Part shown: positions 14,501 to 27,092 of the stretch, piece after piece
Numbering within the stretch: position 1 is the first letter of the stretch
How the letters are laid out: each line of letters starts with the position of its first letter
Assembly (NCBI GenBank): GCA_050084515.1
Contig: CM114271.1
Location: forward strand, 19,034,001-19,098,000
Direction: 5' to 3'
Source of the DNA: Blasia pusilla
Taxonomy: Eukaryota
Length of the DNA: 64,000 nt
Notes under the pieces: generated by a model
Database searches by the model: none
Told to the model about the DNA's origin: nothing
Seen by the model: the letters and a program-made list of their open reading frames with translations, nothing else
Position numbers and translations under genes: made by a program

Positions 14501-15982
14501 TCCCATGCAAGCTTGAGGCAGGCTACAAAGTTGCCAATCCAATGCGAGTGCTCTATATATATATATATATATATAGCAGTGTGTGCAAAAAGCCACAAGA
14601 TAAAACTAGCATGTAGTTGTCAATTTATTTCTAAAGAGTGAACATGTTCTTGGAATTGTTACACTCCTTTTAGGGAAAAAGGAAAAATCATATAGAGAGG
14701 AAGAAACCTTTTTCTAAATCTGAAAATGACTAGGGAAAAAAATAAGAAAATTATTTAAGTAGTTTCCAAACTCATAGTTACTTGGATATTTTCCCAACAA
14801 GTTTTGGAGTGGAACAAGTATCTTGAAGCCAAGTTTGTCAAGGCTACATTGAAGGTGAAAGTCAAATCTAACTATGAGCAGATGGTTAATAACTTGAAGG
14901 ATTGGAGAAGACGGGCCCTAGATAGGTGGCGAGAGGCGGAAGCAAAAGGAGATGATGATGGGGAATTTGATGAATGTTCACGGAAATATTGATGGATACC
15001 TTGACGTCGTGAAATTTAAGAGGAAATGTATTTTGATTGTGGATCGGGTGGACACAATGACCTATTCGGGATCCAATTAGAAGACAAAACCTATGTTTTC
15101 TTGCAACTTGTTGGAGTCGAGGTGGAAGACATGCATTAAATTTCTCGAGTTGATTGGACTAGTTCCATATGCTAGTCCTAGCATATGTTCTTGTGTCTTT
15201 CATCTTCATTACTTGTGGGAATATGCATCTTGATCGTTGAAGTGCGACTTCCAAATTCCATTCCCGGATAATTTTTACGGATACTTCGGGAGATAGAGGA
15301 AGATCCAAAGTGTAGGTATTTAAGGGAATGTGGTGGAAACGAATTCACTAGAGTATGTACAACACAAGCTTCCACTTACAGATCAACTATCGGAGGCTCA
15401 AAGACTTCAAGTGGAGGCGGACAAGAAACTTCATATTCTTTGCCTCATTGACAAATGGAAGAAACTTGGAGATCCAACTCCAAGATGGTGGAAAGGTCTT
15501 TCCATATCTATTCTACGTTTAGCACATCTATTTGATAAGATGACGATAGTGCCACATAATAGCTTGATCAAGACTCGTTCTTCAATGTAGCTACGAGAGA
15601 AATCGGCAAGAGTTTTCGCAATGCAGAGGATTTGTAGTTTGATCTTATATTTTTGAGAAGATTAATTAACTCATTTTTGTGTGAAGATTGTTTTATGTTT
15701 TTTGCATTGTATTAAAAAATAGAAGGGTGGGAGAAGACTATTTTTGGATTATTTCCTTAAAGGATGAGAGTGTTTGTATTTCTAAACATTTTTTCGACCT
15801 TCATAGTGATGGACATGGTAATGTTATTTTTCCATTGGAGAAAAAAACTGAGAATTATTCAAGTTTTCTTTGAATTATCAAATTAGTCTAATGATTGAGA
15901 TTTTGTTTTAATTATCTTTGTAAGACTAGAACGTAATAATTTTAAGGTGTCATCATATGAGGTGTTACCACGAACAAATCAC

Positions 15983-18246
15983 TCCTACACTACTACTACA
16001 GAAAAATTATTCTATTATTCTATTAGAAGAGTGGAAGAAAAATTATTCTTCTAAAGGATAAAAGAGACTTTCGTTTCTAATTTTTAAAAAAATTTCAACC
16101 TTGGTTGGGACTTGTTGGAGGGAAATTGGAACTATATTTTGGAAAACAAAAAATTTGGATGAAAATACTGGTTTTCCTTTCTAGCTTAGGAGATCATAAG
16201 GGTTGGAAAAATGAACTTATTAGTGAGCTTGAAATTATTTATTTTGAGATTATTAAGGGTAGACCTTTCATTTTCTAAGAAGGAAGTAAGGGTTTCATTA
16301 CTATTAGTATATTTGTATTTATTAAGTGGATATTTCAATCTGGATGGAAATCCTTTTAAGTCTCCCTCATGATAAGTATAGTTATTTATTTAAATAAAAT
16401 TTATTTTTTTAGAACTTTTTTTATGGAAATGATTGATATCTTTCAAGAAATTAAAATTAAAAACTTAAATTTAGTGAAAAAAATGTTCCAATTTGAATTT
16501 TGGTCTCTAGGGAAAATTACTGAATTTTTGGAAAAATGAGGAAGGATAATGATAATAGAGAAAAAATTATTATCCTTCCTCATTTTTTCTAAAAATTCTG
16601 TAATTTCTGAATTTTATTCAAAATGGGTAATTATTTTTTCTTGGGAAATCACAATGGTTGGAAAAGAAAACAGATTAATAAGTTGGAACTTAGTTCTCTT
16701 TAAACTAATAAGGAAAAGGAATTTATTTTTTAAATTAATTAAGGTTATGAATATGTTAATATTTGTTAAGAGGAAAATTATCAAAACTGCTTATCCCTCA
16801 ACTTTGGATGGTAAATTCAACATATCATACTCTTATTGATGCTTGCTCATCTTGAGGAACTCTCCATGAGTGCCACATGTGAAGCCTCTTAATTAATGTT
16901 TGGTTTTAGCTTATATTTGAAGAAAATTGAATAGGAAGAGATTTCCGTAATATTTTTTTAATTAAAAATTTTATTTCTAACATTTTATTAGTTTTTCCTC
17001 AAATTTGGTGTACAAGTAATTTTTGGCCAGTGGAAATAAGGGGAAATCCCCTCATATGTTTTCTATCAAGATATATAATGTGAAGTTCTACATTTTAACA
17101 TTCAAGAAGATGAAAATATAAGAATACAGATCTTATTTCAATTTTATTTTAAATCTCAAATTTTCTATTTTGAATAATAATTCTTGTCCAAATGCAGGCG
17201 TTCTATTTTAAAAAAATATGAATTACATTTCTCTCCTAACTTAATCATATATTTTAAAATTTTTTCTGGTATAAACTTTTAAAGAATAATTTTATATTTT
17301 CAATTAATAAAAGATAATAAACATGAGGAAGAATTTGGAATTTAGGAAGATTTAGTTGGGAAATTTTTTATTTTTTATTAATGAAAATTTTTACAATATT
17401 TTTTAATGAAATTATCTAATTATTTAAACCTTCCCTTCCTTCTACTTTTGAGTTTTTTATAGTGTAAGTCTCACAAGTTTTGCTCTTGGATTGGTCCTCA
17501 AAATGAATCTCCTTAAATGGTTAGATTTTTCAATTTAAAAGTTACATAATTTTAATAATTGCGGAAAAATAAGTAAAATTTCTAATTTCTAATTTAATTG
17601 GGAGGAGAATTCTTTTGGAAAAATGATGAAAGGATACTCATAGACGAGTGAAACAAGAAATATTCTTCAAAAGGATGAAAGTGATTGTAATTTTTCTTTT
17701 TTGCAAGCTTGGATGGGAGGGAAATTTGAACTATATTTTGAAAAATCTTTGGATCAAAATGAGTAATTTCCCTCCCTTAATTGAGAGATCATGAAGGACA
17801 GAAAAATATGTGGTAAATTAATTTCATCTCAAATTAATGAGGAAATCTACTCTTAAGAATTAAATTAGGAATTTTCTTATGATTATTTTCATTTCTACAA
17901 ATCTTATTGAGTGCCCCGCACGGGAAACAAATTACTAGTGTCTAATAAGTTCAAATTATATTCTCCTTTGTAGGATCTTTTCATTTCCATCCATCTTACC
18001 AATGGTGTCGCGAGGGCAACAAATAACTATTGTGTGTATTTTCCACATCATGAGGGTTACAAAATAAGTTATAACTAGTTTTTTCAGTAAATGAGGGAGA
18101 TGAGGTTTTTATCTATCAATTTTCTTGATGTTACACTTTATACATTCAACACATGTGGAAAAATTCACTTTATACTCTACATTTGTGGGGTTTCTTTGTT
18201 TCCACCCCTATAATTTACTGCAGCGTATGGGCAACAAATTACTTGT
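15983..18246 (+). mobile_element. Putative non-autonomous Helitron with three stacked 3' termini
   Basis: AT-rich body starting TCCTACACTACTACTA, with an internal ~170-bp direct repeat (~16040-16215 / ~17657-17810). Three GC-rich patches are followed by GGG(C/A)AACAAAT(T/A)A and CTAG-T (17935), CTAT-T (18027) or CTTG-T (18242). Confidence 0.5.
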
Positions 18247-18259
18247 AGAGAAAAAAAAA

Positions 18260-19220
18260 TTGCACCAAGAAAATTTGCAATAAACTAATAGGGAAATACT
18301 CTTATAAATTTTACACAAATTTTGGAAACACTCCTATAAAAAGGTTGAACAAACTTCAAGGTAAGATCACATAGAAGGAAAAAAATAAAAATACACAAGT
18401 TATTTTTTCTTTCCCGATCTAATCACCAAGGTCTAAAATGACCTTTTCACTTTTTGACTCTTGTTTCAACATCCCTTTGCCATGAAATTTTGCAAGGTTG
18501 TTTGAAAGACTCTTATAAAAAAATGACAAAGCTTAAGGCAAGAGCATATACTTGGAAGAAATGAAAAATGCACAAGTTTGTGTTTCTTTCCCCATCTACT
18601 TATCAAGGTCTAGAATAATCTTTGTAGTTTTTGACTTCGGGTGTAACATTCATTTACCATAAAATTCTGCAAGGTTTTGCTAAACATTCATTTACAAAAT
18701 TTGAAATTTTTTTTAGGGAAAGATAAGATACAAGAAAAATAATGAAAAATACACAAGTCCTTTTTTCTTCCCCCATGTAATCATCAAGGTATGGAATAAC
18801 CTTTGCATTTTTTTAACTCTTTGTTCAAAATTCCTTTGCCATGAATTTTTTAAGGATTTTTTGAAACACTCTTATAAAGAAGTTGATAAAGTTTCAAGGT
18901 AAGAGCACATACTTGGAAGAGATGAAAAATAAAAAAGTCCTTTTTCCTTTTTCATCTAATCACAAGGTCTAAAATCACCTTTGCATTTTTGGACTTTTAG
19001 TTAAACATCTATTTGGAATTAAATTTTGCAAGGTTTTTAGAAACACACCTATAAAAAAGTTGGAAAAACTTTTAGGGCAAGATCATAAACAATAAAAAAG
19101 TTGAAAAGTACACAAGTTCTTTTCAATAATCACTACGGTCTAGAATGACCTTTGCATTTTTGGAATTTGGGTTTAACATCCATTTTCCATAAAATCCTGG
19201 AAATTTCTTGAAAACACTCA
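18260..19220 (+). repeat. Diverged tandem array, ~180-bp unit, ~5 copies
   Basis: AAAATACACAAGT...ATCACCAAGGTCTA(A/G)AAT.ACCTTTGCA recurs near 18385, 18565, 18745, 18925 and 19105. Confidence 0.88.
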
Positions 19221-19613
19221 TATACACACACTAATATCTCAACTAAGATAAACTAATATCTGAATATTTTTTTGGATGACAATCCAAAATCACTCATCTT
19301 TCACACTCAATAATATCTAGTGTATTGACCCTTTGGGAGTATCTATTGAGCCCTTGGTAAAATTTTTATGTTTTCATTTTATAAAGTGGATATTTTTTCC
19401 TTTTTCAAAATTTATATGTTATCATTCTGAATTCTCATCTTTTTTTTTGCATAATCATGTATGCTCAAGGCACAAAATTTTTATTTATATAAGGATAGAA
19501 ACTATGTTGTTCTTAAACAAATAGAAAAGTAGGAATCATACTAGAAAATAATAAAACATAAACAAGATCCTATAAGTAATCGCCTTATCGAAAATAAAGT
19601 AAATAGGGTACTA

Positions 19614-19614
19614 A

Positions 19615-19668
<54 letters not shown>
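19614..19668 (+). repeat. (AG)n microsatellite with one interruption
   Basis: Read directly from the sequence. Confidence 0.95.
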
Positions 19669-19672
<4 letters not shown>

Positions 19673-20090
19673 AGGAAGGGGGTTCATCTAGATCAAGGTG
19701 TTAGGGATGATGGTTCCTCAAGCTTGAGGTCTTACAAACTCTCGTTGCGTGAGTGCCATGCATTGTCTGGTATGAGTTGGCTCGACATTGCATAGTACTC
19801 AATCTAAGGAATATGCAGTTGGCGTGTTTAATGGTAAAACTGGGTTCCATTTTAGCAAGACAACATGTATAAACTCATCCTCCATGAAGGTTTCATACCT
19901 CAAAAGATGGATGATGCCTCTCTAATTAGAATCTTGTAAGGGGATGAACAATCACTTTTGGGAAAAAAAAATTCCTCTTTTCTTTGTTTTTGAGTCACCT
20001 TACAAGTTTTAACTTGAATGAAAGAAGTTTTACGAGATAAAATTTTGAATGAAATTTGATACAATATATTTGACCTTAGGGCCTTGGGTC

Positions 20091-20499
20091 CAAGGTTGCA
20101 CACGGAAAAAGTGCGTGTTTGAAAACATATCCATGTGCGCAAACTTATGTTCGTCCTATGGGCGGAAATGTCCGTTTAGGTCTGCAGATTTGGCCTGCAG
20201 ATTAGGTCTGCAGATTTGGCATGCGGACCAAATTCTACAGGTTAGGAGCCCGCGTATGTCCACTCCAAGCCGCCCTCATCCCTCGCCTGCCCGTCTTGAG
20301 CCCGCCCCGAGCCTAGCCCGCCCTAGCCCACCACGATCCCGCTCGTGCCATCCGCGCCCTCCCCTAGCCCGCCATGTGGGCCACGCAACGGGTGCGGGCT
20401 CTATCAGCCGAGGTCTAGGTGGGGGGCTCTAGGGCAGGCTGGCATGTATGAGGGCATGTCCGTCCCATGGATGGACTTGTCCGTTTTTGTGCAACCTTA
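20091..20499. mobile_element. hAT-type MITE with GC-rich interior
   Basis: TIRs CAAGGTTGCAC / GTGCAACCTTA; TSD CTTGGGTC/ATTAGGTC (6/8). Confidence 0.82.
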
Positions 20500-21335
20500 A
20501 TTAGGTCTTTTGACTTTTGATAGAAAAAAATTGGTTCATTCCTCAAGTAGGTTTTCTATTGTGGTTTATCTTCATTTTTTTTGTGGTTTATATTATGGAA
20601 GTTATGGGAGTCCTAGAGAATTAGTTTGGTGTCTTAGAGTGGTAATTTTAGTGCGCCTAGTAAGATTATTCTTTCATTGAGTAATGTTTTGGGCACGTTT
20701 GCAAAATTTTGCATAAATCAAATAATTTAAAATTGAAGAAAATTATCTAATTTTAAATCTTGAATTTTGTCTTGGATATCCCATCCTTGACTTGGCACCT
20801 ATTTTTTTACATATTTGGAAACTGAAAACCTGAATATTAATTTTAAAAATAAATAAAATTGATCTCGAATATTCACTCTTGGATATTGTGTTGAGCGTTC
20901 CATGTTTGTGATATTTTTTCTATGGCAAGCACCCAAAACATTTCAGCCAAAATAGATCTAATATAAAAAAATGGAAAAGATAGAATACTGTAATTTTAGA
21001 ACTGTGTTTAATCCTTTCTAAATAAAAGTGAGAGCATTTAATTTCTTATCTCATAAAAGTATGATTATTTAAGCTCAAGTTTGTAGAGAATATTTCTCAA
21101 TTTATTTTAAATTAAAATGGAAGAAAGTTTAGAACAAGAAAAAATAGATGGCATTTTCAAAGGTATTCACTAAGAACCAAAAATACAACACTTTTATTTT
21201 CATTTTATGACTTGTACTCTTTCTCTTTTGAATTCAAAAATTTGGGGAAGGTTATAATATGATTCTTATCCATTTTTGTAATTCTCAACGGTTAATAACT
21301 TAAACTGCTACTCAAGTTCTCACTTCTTCCAAAAG

Positions 21336-21665
21336 CAAGGTTGCACGGAAAGGGGGAAGTCTAGACCTGCTCGGCCCGCACCTGATCTTGCATCCAAGCT
21401 CCCCATGGGGGCCTACCACGGGCAATGCAACGGGTGTGGGCTCTATCAATCGGTGTCTACGTAGCGGGCTCGGGTGCACGCCGTAGGTACATGAAGCCGC
21501 ACGAACATGTCGGTCCATAGGATTGACATAAGTCCGTGGACACAGACTTTCTTCGTGTGCAACCTTGCTGCCGCGGGCCGCATAATGGCAGCGGGCTCCT
21601 TCAGGCCAGGTCTACAAGTGCGAGCTCGGGTGCAGGCCGGGCATGTCCGTTTCTGTGCAACCTTG
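21336..21665. mobile_element. hAT-type MITE with an extra internal terminus
   Basis: TIRs CAAGGTTGCAC / GTGCAACCTTG; perfect TSD TCCAAAAG; additional GTGCAACCTTG ending at 21567. Confidence 0.9.
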
Positions 21666-21839
21666 TCCAAAAGGAATAATCTTGAATGTCAATTTGTTTT
21701 GAAGGGTGAAAATTGTGTGGGTGCCATTTTGGAAGATATGTATAACGTACCCTTTTAACAAAACATTGGATTTTTGGATGCCTTGAGAACTTTTGCATTC
21801 AAGTCAAGCTTTGAGAATATATTTGAAGAGGCCTAAGAG

Positions 21840-22098
21840 TAAGGTTGCACAAAAATTAACAAGTCCAACCATGTCCACGTACATGCCCAGCCCGCACGGT
21901 CGCACTTGAGCCCGCCGTGCAAACTTGGGTTGAGGGAGCTCGGGTATGCTTGGAAGCGAACAAGTCCGTCCCATGGACTGAATCTTTTGGACATGTCCAT
22001 CAACTCCATCCCATGAGCTTTGGGCGAGCTCCGGAACAGGCTCACGTGCGGGCCGCGGGTACATGGGCCCGTACGGACTTTGTCTATGTGCAACCCTA
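21840..22098. mobile_element. hAT-type MITE
   Basis: TIRs TAAGGTTGCAC / GTGCAACCCTA; TSD CCTAAGAG/TCTAAGAG (7/8). Confidence 0.88.
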
Positions 22099-22109
22099 TC
22101 TAAGAGGCT

Positions 22110-22588
22110 TGTCACATCTGAGTATCCGATAAGCCGAGATCTATTGTGGATAGGGCGTAGGAGCCAGCGGACTATCTTGAATGTAACTTTTTCCCACAGT
22201 ATCGGATGAGGTTGAGGATAGGTATATTGTGTCAGGAACGTCGTTTTTGCTAACGTTCATGTTGAGGTCTTTCACAGTCGGGTGACTTGTTGACCAGGTC
22301 ACCCGCCCCTGGTAACCTGTGCGCGCAGGTTACCAAGGGGATAGCTATTTTTAAGGGAAGAGCCTTTTGGCTCTTCCCAACCCTATATAAGAGAGGAAGA
22401 TGACTTTCCTAAGCCATCTTTCTCATGTTGGGCCGTCGGAGCACTTCTCTTGTATGTGTGTGAGATAGGACTAGGATGCTAGCGTCCGGATTCCTTGATA
22501 GCACAGGGTGGACGAGGCTCGATATGCTGATGTAAATTGAGGAGTGGAGTTTTAGGGTGTGCCATTTTTACTACTCTTTATTTTTACA
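22110..22588 (+). repeat. 5' LTR (segment B) of the Gypsy element
   Basis: TGTCACA...TTTTTACA; TATATAA at 22384-22390; homologous to 29639-30118 and 33335-33814. Confidence 0.88.
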
Positions 22589-22599
22589 TGAGAAAGATG
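22586..22599 (+). promoter_or_regulatory. Putative self-priming primer-binding site
   Basis: ACATGAGAAAGATG is the exact reverse complement of CATCTTTCTCATGT at 22415-22428, which begins ~31 nt after the start of the LTR TATA box. Confidence 0.6.
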
Positions 22600-24395
22600 T
22601 CAGGGGGCTGGTGGGAATTTATTGTTTGCGGGTAGGCTAGTGAGTTGCCTTGTTCGGGAGCCTAGGAGATGCGTGTGTTAGCCATTTTTCTGTTCGGAAG
22701 GGCGTGGGCGGAAGCGCTGTCCGTTTTTCTCAGATTTTTCTGGTGCAGATTGTCGAAGGAGAGCAGCAGGGTGTAAAAGGAAGTAAGCTTCCTTGGGAAT
22801 CTGTAGGAATGTTGGGAAATAGAGAGAAACTAGTTTTTAGGGCTTGCAGCCGCCGGGGGGCTGTTAAGTAAGGCGGTTAGGTCATAGCTGCCTAGTTGAT
22901 ACGTACGTACACGGCCAAGGTAGAGTGCGGGCGATTTTGGGTAGATCACGGGGGAGAATTGGGTGCAGCCGCACATAGTCAAGTCGCACAAAGGGAGGGA
23001 TGGGCCCCGCATAGGGCCGCGTGCCCCTACAGGGTCACGGCTCCATAGGGAGCCGTGCACATGTAGCTAAAGGAACAAGGCCGCGTCAGGCAGTAGGCGT
23101 GTAGGGGTCCGGAAGGAGTGAAGTGGGGAGGACACAGAGGCTCATAGGGAGCCGCGCACCCTGAAAGAAGGAAGGAAGGAGGTACGAGAGGAGCCATTAT
23201 GGCTCCTAGATAAGGGGGGGGTAGGGGCCATTATGGGCCCAAAATAGCTGGAATGCAGTTAGGGGAGGGCTGACAGCGTGAGGAGCCAAGCAGCAGTATA
23301 GCGCAACGTGCCCAAAGGAGAGTCGAACGGGGAGAGAACAAGGCCGGCCTCATAGGGCCGCGGGACTTCAACGGGAGTGAAGGGAGGGAGAGCTCTCCAT
23401 AGGGACTAGTGTGCAAGAGGTGAAGGAAACGGCACGAGGCGAGGACGCTCGGCTAGCAAAGAACGGGGTTGGAATTCATGAAGATAAGACGTCCACGCCC
23501 CCCTTATCTAGGAGCGGCTACCCCGTGGTTAACGGGGTAGCCGCATACACGTGGAGACTAGGTGGCTTGGCTACGTGGTAAGATGCTGACGTGGTGAGAG
23601 GGACATTTGGTTGCTGGGCTTACCACGTAGAGACCAGACGTGGAGTTAGGAGAAAAGAACTTGGTGGGGCAGGAGTTACATGGTTGGGCGGATGTGGTAG
23701 GTGGTTACCCAGGTCAGAGAATGGATGTTGCACTCATGTCGTTATGACTACAATCGAGATGGTTGTTTATACAAACAGTTTTCGGGGGAGAGTTGACGAT
23801 TGAGTGTTCGTGCGCATGATGCTGACGGGTTGTTCGCATCTATTGACGGGAGGATCGACGTGTTGGTCGAGGAGAATGTTGTGTTGGGGAGGTTGTCATA
23901 CCACATGGAGGAGTGAGTGCTGATGATACGTAGGTTGGAGGGCGTGATCAGATTACCCATTCTAGTCCCTTTTCCCGCACTTGTCGTGTATGATTGAGAG
24001 TGCTGGGTATCGGGTAGTAGCTGGTGCTAGGTGGGTGCAGTGATGGTGACGAGTGTAGATTATTTTCATGTGTAGCATGTTGGTGGATATACGGCAGTTT
24101 CCGCGTAGGGGCCGCATGTATGACCCGAGAGTATCGCTAGGTTAGGTAAGTCAGTTGGGAGGCTCATGGTGAGCCCGAGTGTTGAGTGTGCGTGAGGCCA
24201 GGTGTGTCATCACGGGATTGACATTAGCATAGGTGAGCTAGTGAGGCATGTGGGAGACTCTCGGTGAGTCTGAGTGCTTGAGCCGGTGAGACAAGGTTTG
24301 TCATCACGGCGTTCTTCCAAGGTTCGGAAGAACGGGGTAGTGCGAGCAGTGGTAGTGGTGTGACATGGAGTGGAGTGAGATACCGAGGGGTTACC

Positions 24396-25870
24396 AATGA
24401 GGAGCTCCCTCGACATCCATCCGTGACTGGATCGTCATCATTGGACACTGGGTCTGGTGACGAGATCACCGACAGAGACAGTAGTACTTGGCAGGAGATG
24501 GACGACATGGGCCATCGGGGCATGCGTTGATGTGGTGCAGTGGGCACCATCGACTTAGATGATTTCATCCAGGAGTTCGACATATGGTGCGACTTCCACG
24601 AGATACGGACCCCGACACGGTTCAACCCTTTCATGGCATGGAAGGGGTTGTTCCAGCACTTGGAGGGTCCTATGATGGATGACTACATGCAGTTTCGATC
24701 ACTATATTTAGTAGAGATCGATGCTTGGAAGATGTATTAGGCTCCAGGGTATGTGTCCACTAGTGGTCGTGAGGCATATGATGGGATCATGAGAGGAGAG
24801 AGACCCACACCATCAGCCGGGAGACTAGATGGAGAGGAGGGTAGTGAGACAGACGATGTGGCAAAGACCTCTGGTGGTAGAGGGCCACCCAGCTTCAGCC
24901 CCACGAGTGGAGTTCTTCTGACAGTTGGGGAAGAGCTACCATGGTGTACGCACCGATAAGTTGAAGAGTCTACAGGATTTTCAGCGACGATCGGGTGAGA
25001 CTTTGAGAGAGGCATTCACGCGCACGAGGAGGCTGATCATTGCTACGTATGGAGTGACTGAGGCGCAATCAATCTAGTATTGGTATGGGGTTCTGGACCA
25101 AGAACTACGGAGGAGAGTCCGAGATGTGGTGCTGATTCACACAGCGAAGCCCACATTGAAGGTGGTCTTTGAGTTGTTTGAGCGTATTGAGCTCAACATG
25201 AGTGAGGAGCAGGTAGTGACCGTTGGATTTTCTCGAGAGTCGACGGGTCCACGAGCGACGCTGACCCCACAGGTGCCACAACAAGCACTAGTACCACAGG
25301 AGCGGGCTGGTGTGCCCAGAGAGCAGGTCGTGTATTGTGAGCCTATGAGGCAATGACCCGTACCTACAGATGTTGCCCAACATGGACCGATGTGGTCTTG
25401 TTGGACGTGTGGAGGGGCCCATGGGCAGAGAGACTGCCCACATCATGGGAGAGGACCACGAGTGCCTCCGATTGCTCAGGAGCCACAAAGGATGGCTCCA
25501 CCACACCATCAGTGTGACCATTGCCACAGATATGGTCACACTAGGGATAGATATTTTGACCTTCGCCGAGGGGCACTTCTAGAGATAGGCCGAGGGCCTG
25601 GGGTCGGTCGTCTTGGAGGAGGTCGGGGAGTTCTTCCTGGACTTGGTGGTAGAGGACCACCATCAGCCAGAGGAGATGGAGCAGGAGTACCAAAGCCGGC
25701 ACTTCTCTCACGCATTGATCAGTTGGAGCAGAGGATTGCTGCCATGATGATGATGCAACTTAGGGAAGGCACGGAGCTGCGAGCACCTAGTGTGACTCTT
25801 GCTTCTACCTCTTACCCTGACCCGGGTGAGGATCTTGCTAGTATGGGGTTTATGTGTAGTGCAGCCTAGG
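24396..25870 (+). pseudogene. gag: Gypsy gag with frameshifts and stops
   Basis: DLDDFIQEFDIWCD..LFQHLEG capsid-like segment; knuckles CWTCGGAHGQRDC and CDHCHRYGHTRDRY (degenerate). Start approximate. Confidence 0.8.
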
Positions 25871-26357
25871 TTGAGGTAGCTGCAGTGGTGACTCGGGGTG
25901 CTGCGAGAGGCACCGAGCCATCGAGAGGTGGAGTTGAGATTGACCCACCAGAGGGGACCGATGGGCGGCAGGCCAGGGTTCCACAGTTGTTCACATTGTC
26001 GGAGGCACTACACACACCATCATTGGTGCCTCGACGACTAGCGGTGCCTACAGTTCAGGCACCTACGTCAACATCACGAAAAGTTGGAGTGATAGCTCCT
26101 ATGCCGGCTCGAGTGGAGTCAGAGTCGACCATAGCGTTGGAGGTGGCCACCAGAGTGAGTCAGACTCCGCTATTTTCCGCCATAGAGTTGGAGACGTTGG
26201 GAGTTGGACCAGCTGAGGTGTTCCGGTTGGCCGCCACATTGTGTAAGCGTGGAGAGATGACAGCTTCTTGTTCGGAGGTAGTTGAGGAGGTGGTGGACTT
26301 GCCCTCAGAGCCGGTGCTTGGTTCCCCACAGAGTCATGGCATGCGGAGGCGGCGAAG

Positions 26358-26860
26358 TTGGTAGATATGCCAGCTCGACCGGCCATAGAGCGAGCAGTGG
26401 TGACACCTGGAGTAGTGTTACTAGATAACCAAGCTGGAGTATTTCGCTTGGTTAGTCCGACAGGGACGGTATACCACCCGCAACCCGTCCTACTTGATTC
26501 GGGAGCGCAACCCTTGATGTTAGGGAAGGCGGCGTGTTTAGCGTTGGGGTTACAGAAGGCCGACATTGAGCCTTGTCCCTTCCAGATACAGACCTTGATT
26601 GGGGACGTATCACCCACTCAGTATATGACTCAACAGGAGATTGTTGTCAGAGTCCAGCCAGAGCATGCGACGGATAGTGCTATGGTGCGCACACGTGCAA
26701 TTACGACACCAATTGAGTCGTACGATGTGTTGGTGGGGAGTACAGTGTTATATCCCCTAGGATTCATCCTTGACTTATGGGAGGAGACCGTTGCTTATCG
26801 GCCAAGATGGCGGTCAGGTGACGGCCGGATGAGTCAGTTACCCGTGCAGTTTGCGGGACG
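26358..26860 (+). pseudogene. Retroviral-type aspartic protease domain
   Basis: VLLDSGAQPLML (Asp codon 26496) and downstream YDVLVG motif. Confidence 0.85.
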
Positions 26861-27092
26861 AGGTGGTCGATCACGAGGCGAGTCTGTGACCACGTTGGCG
26901 GCTTTCACAAGTAGTGTTAGCTGGCCAGGAGAGTTGTTGGAGGGGAACGCACATACGGAGGATGTCCCAGTAGCGGATAGTCCCACGGAGATACAGGCCA
27001 TGGCGGGTGTCTCTTCCCATGTTGGCGAGGCCTCTTCACCATTGTGGGGTACGACTTGTACCCCATTGTGGCTAACATTGTGGGGTATGAAT

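Noticed and set aside
18260-19220. Regularly spaced repeats as a CRISPR array
   Set aside because: Whole units are homologous with no unique spacers, no cas genes are present, and the context is eukaryotic.
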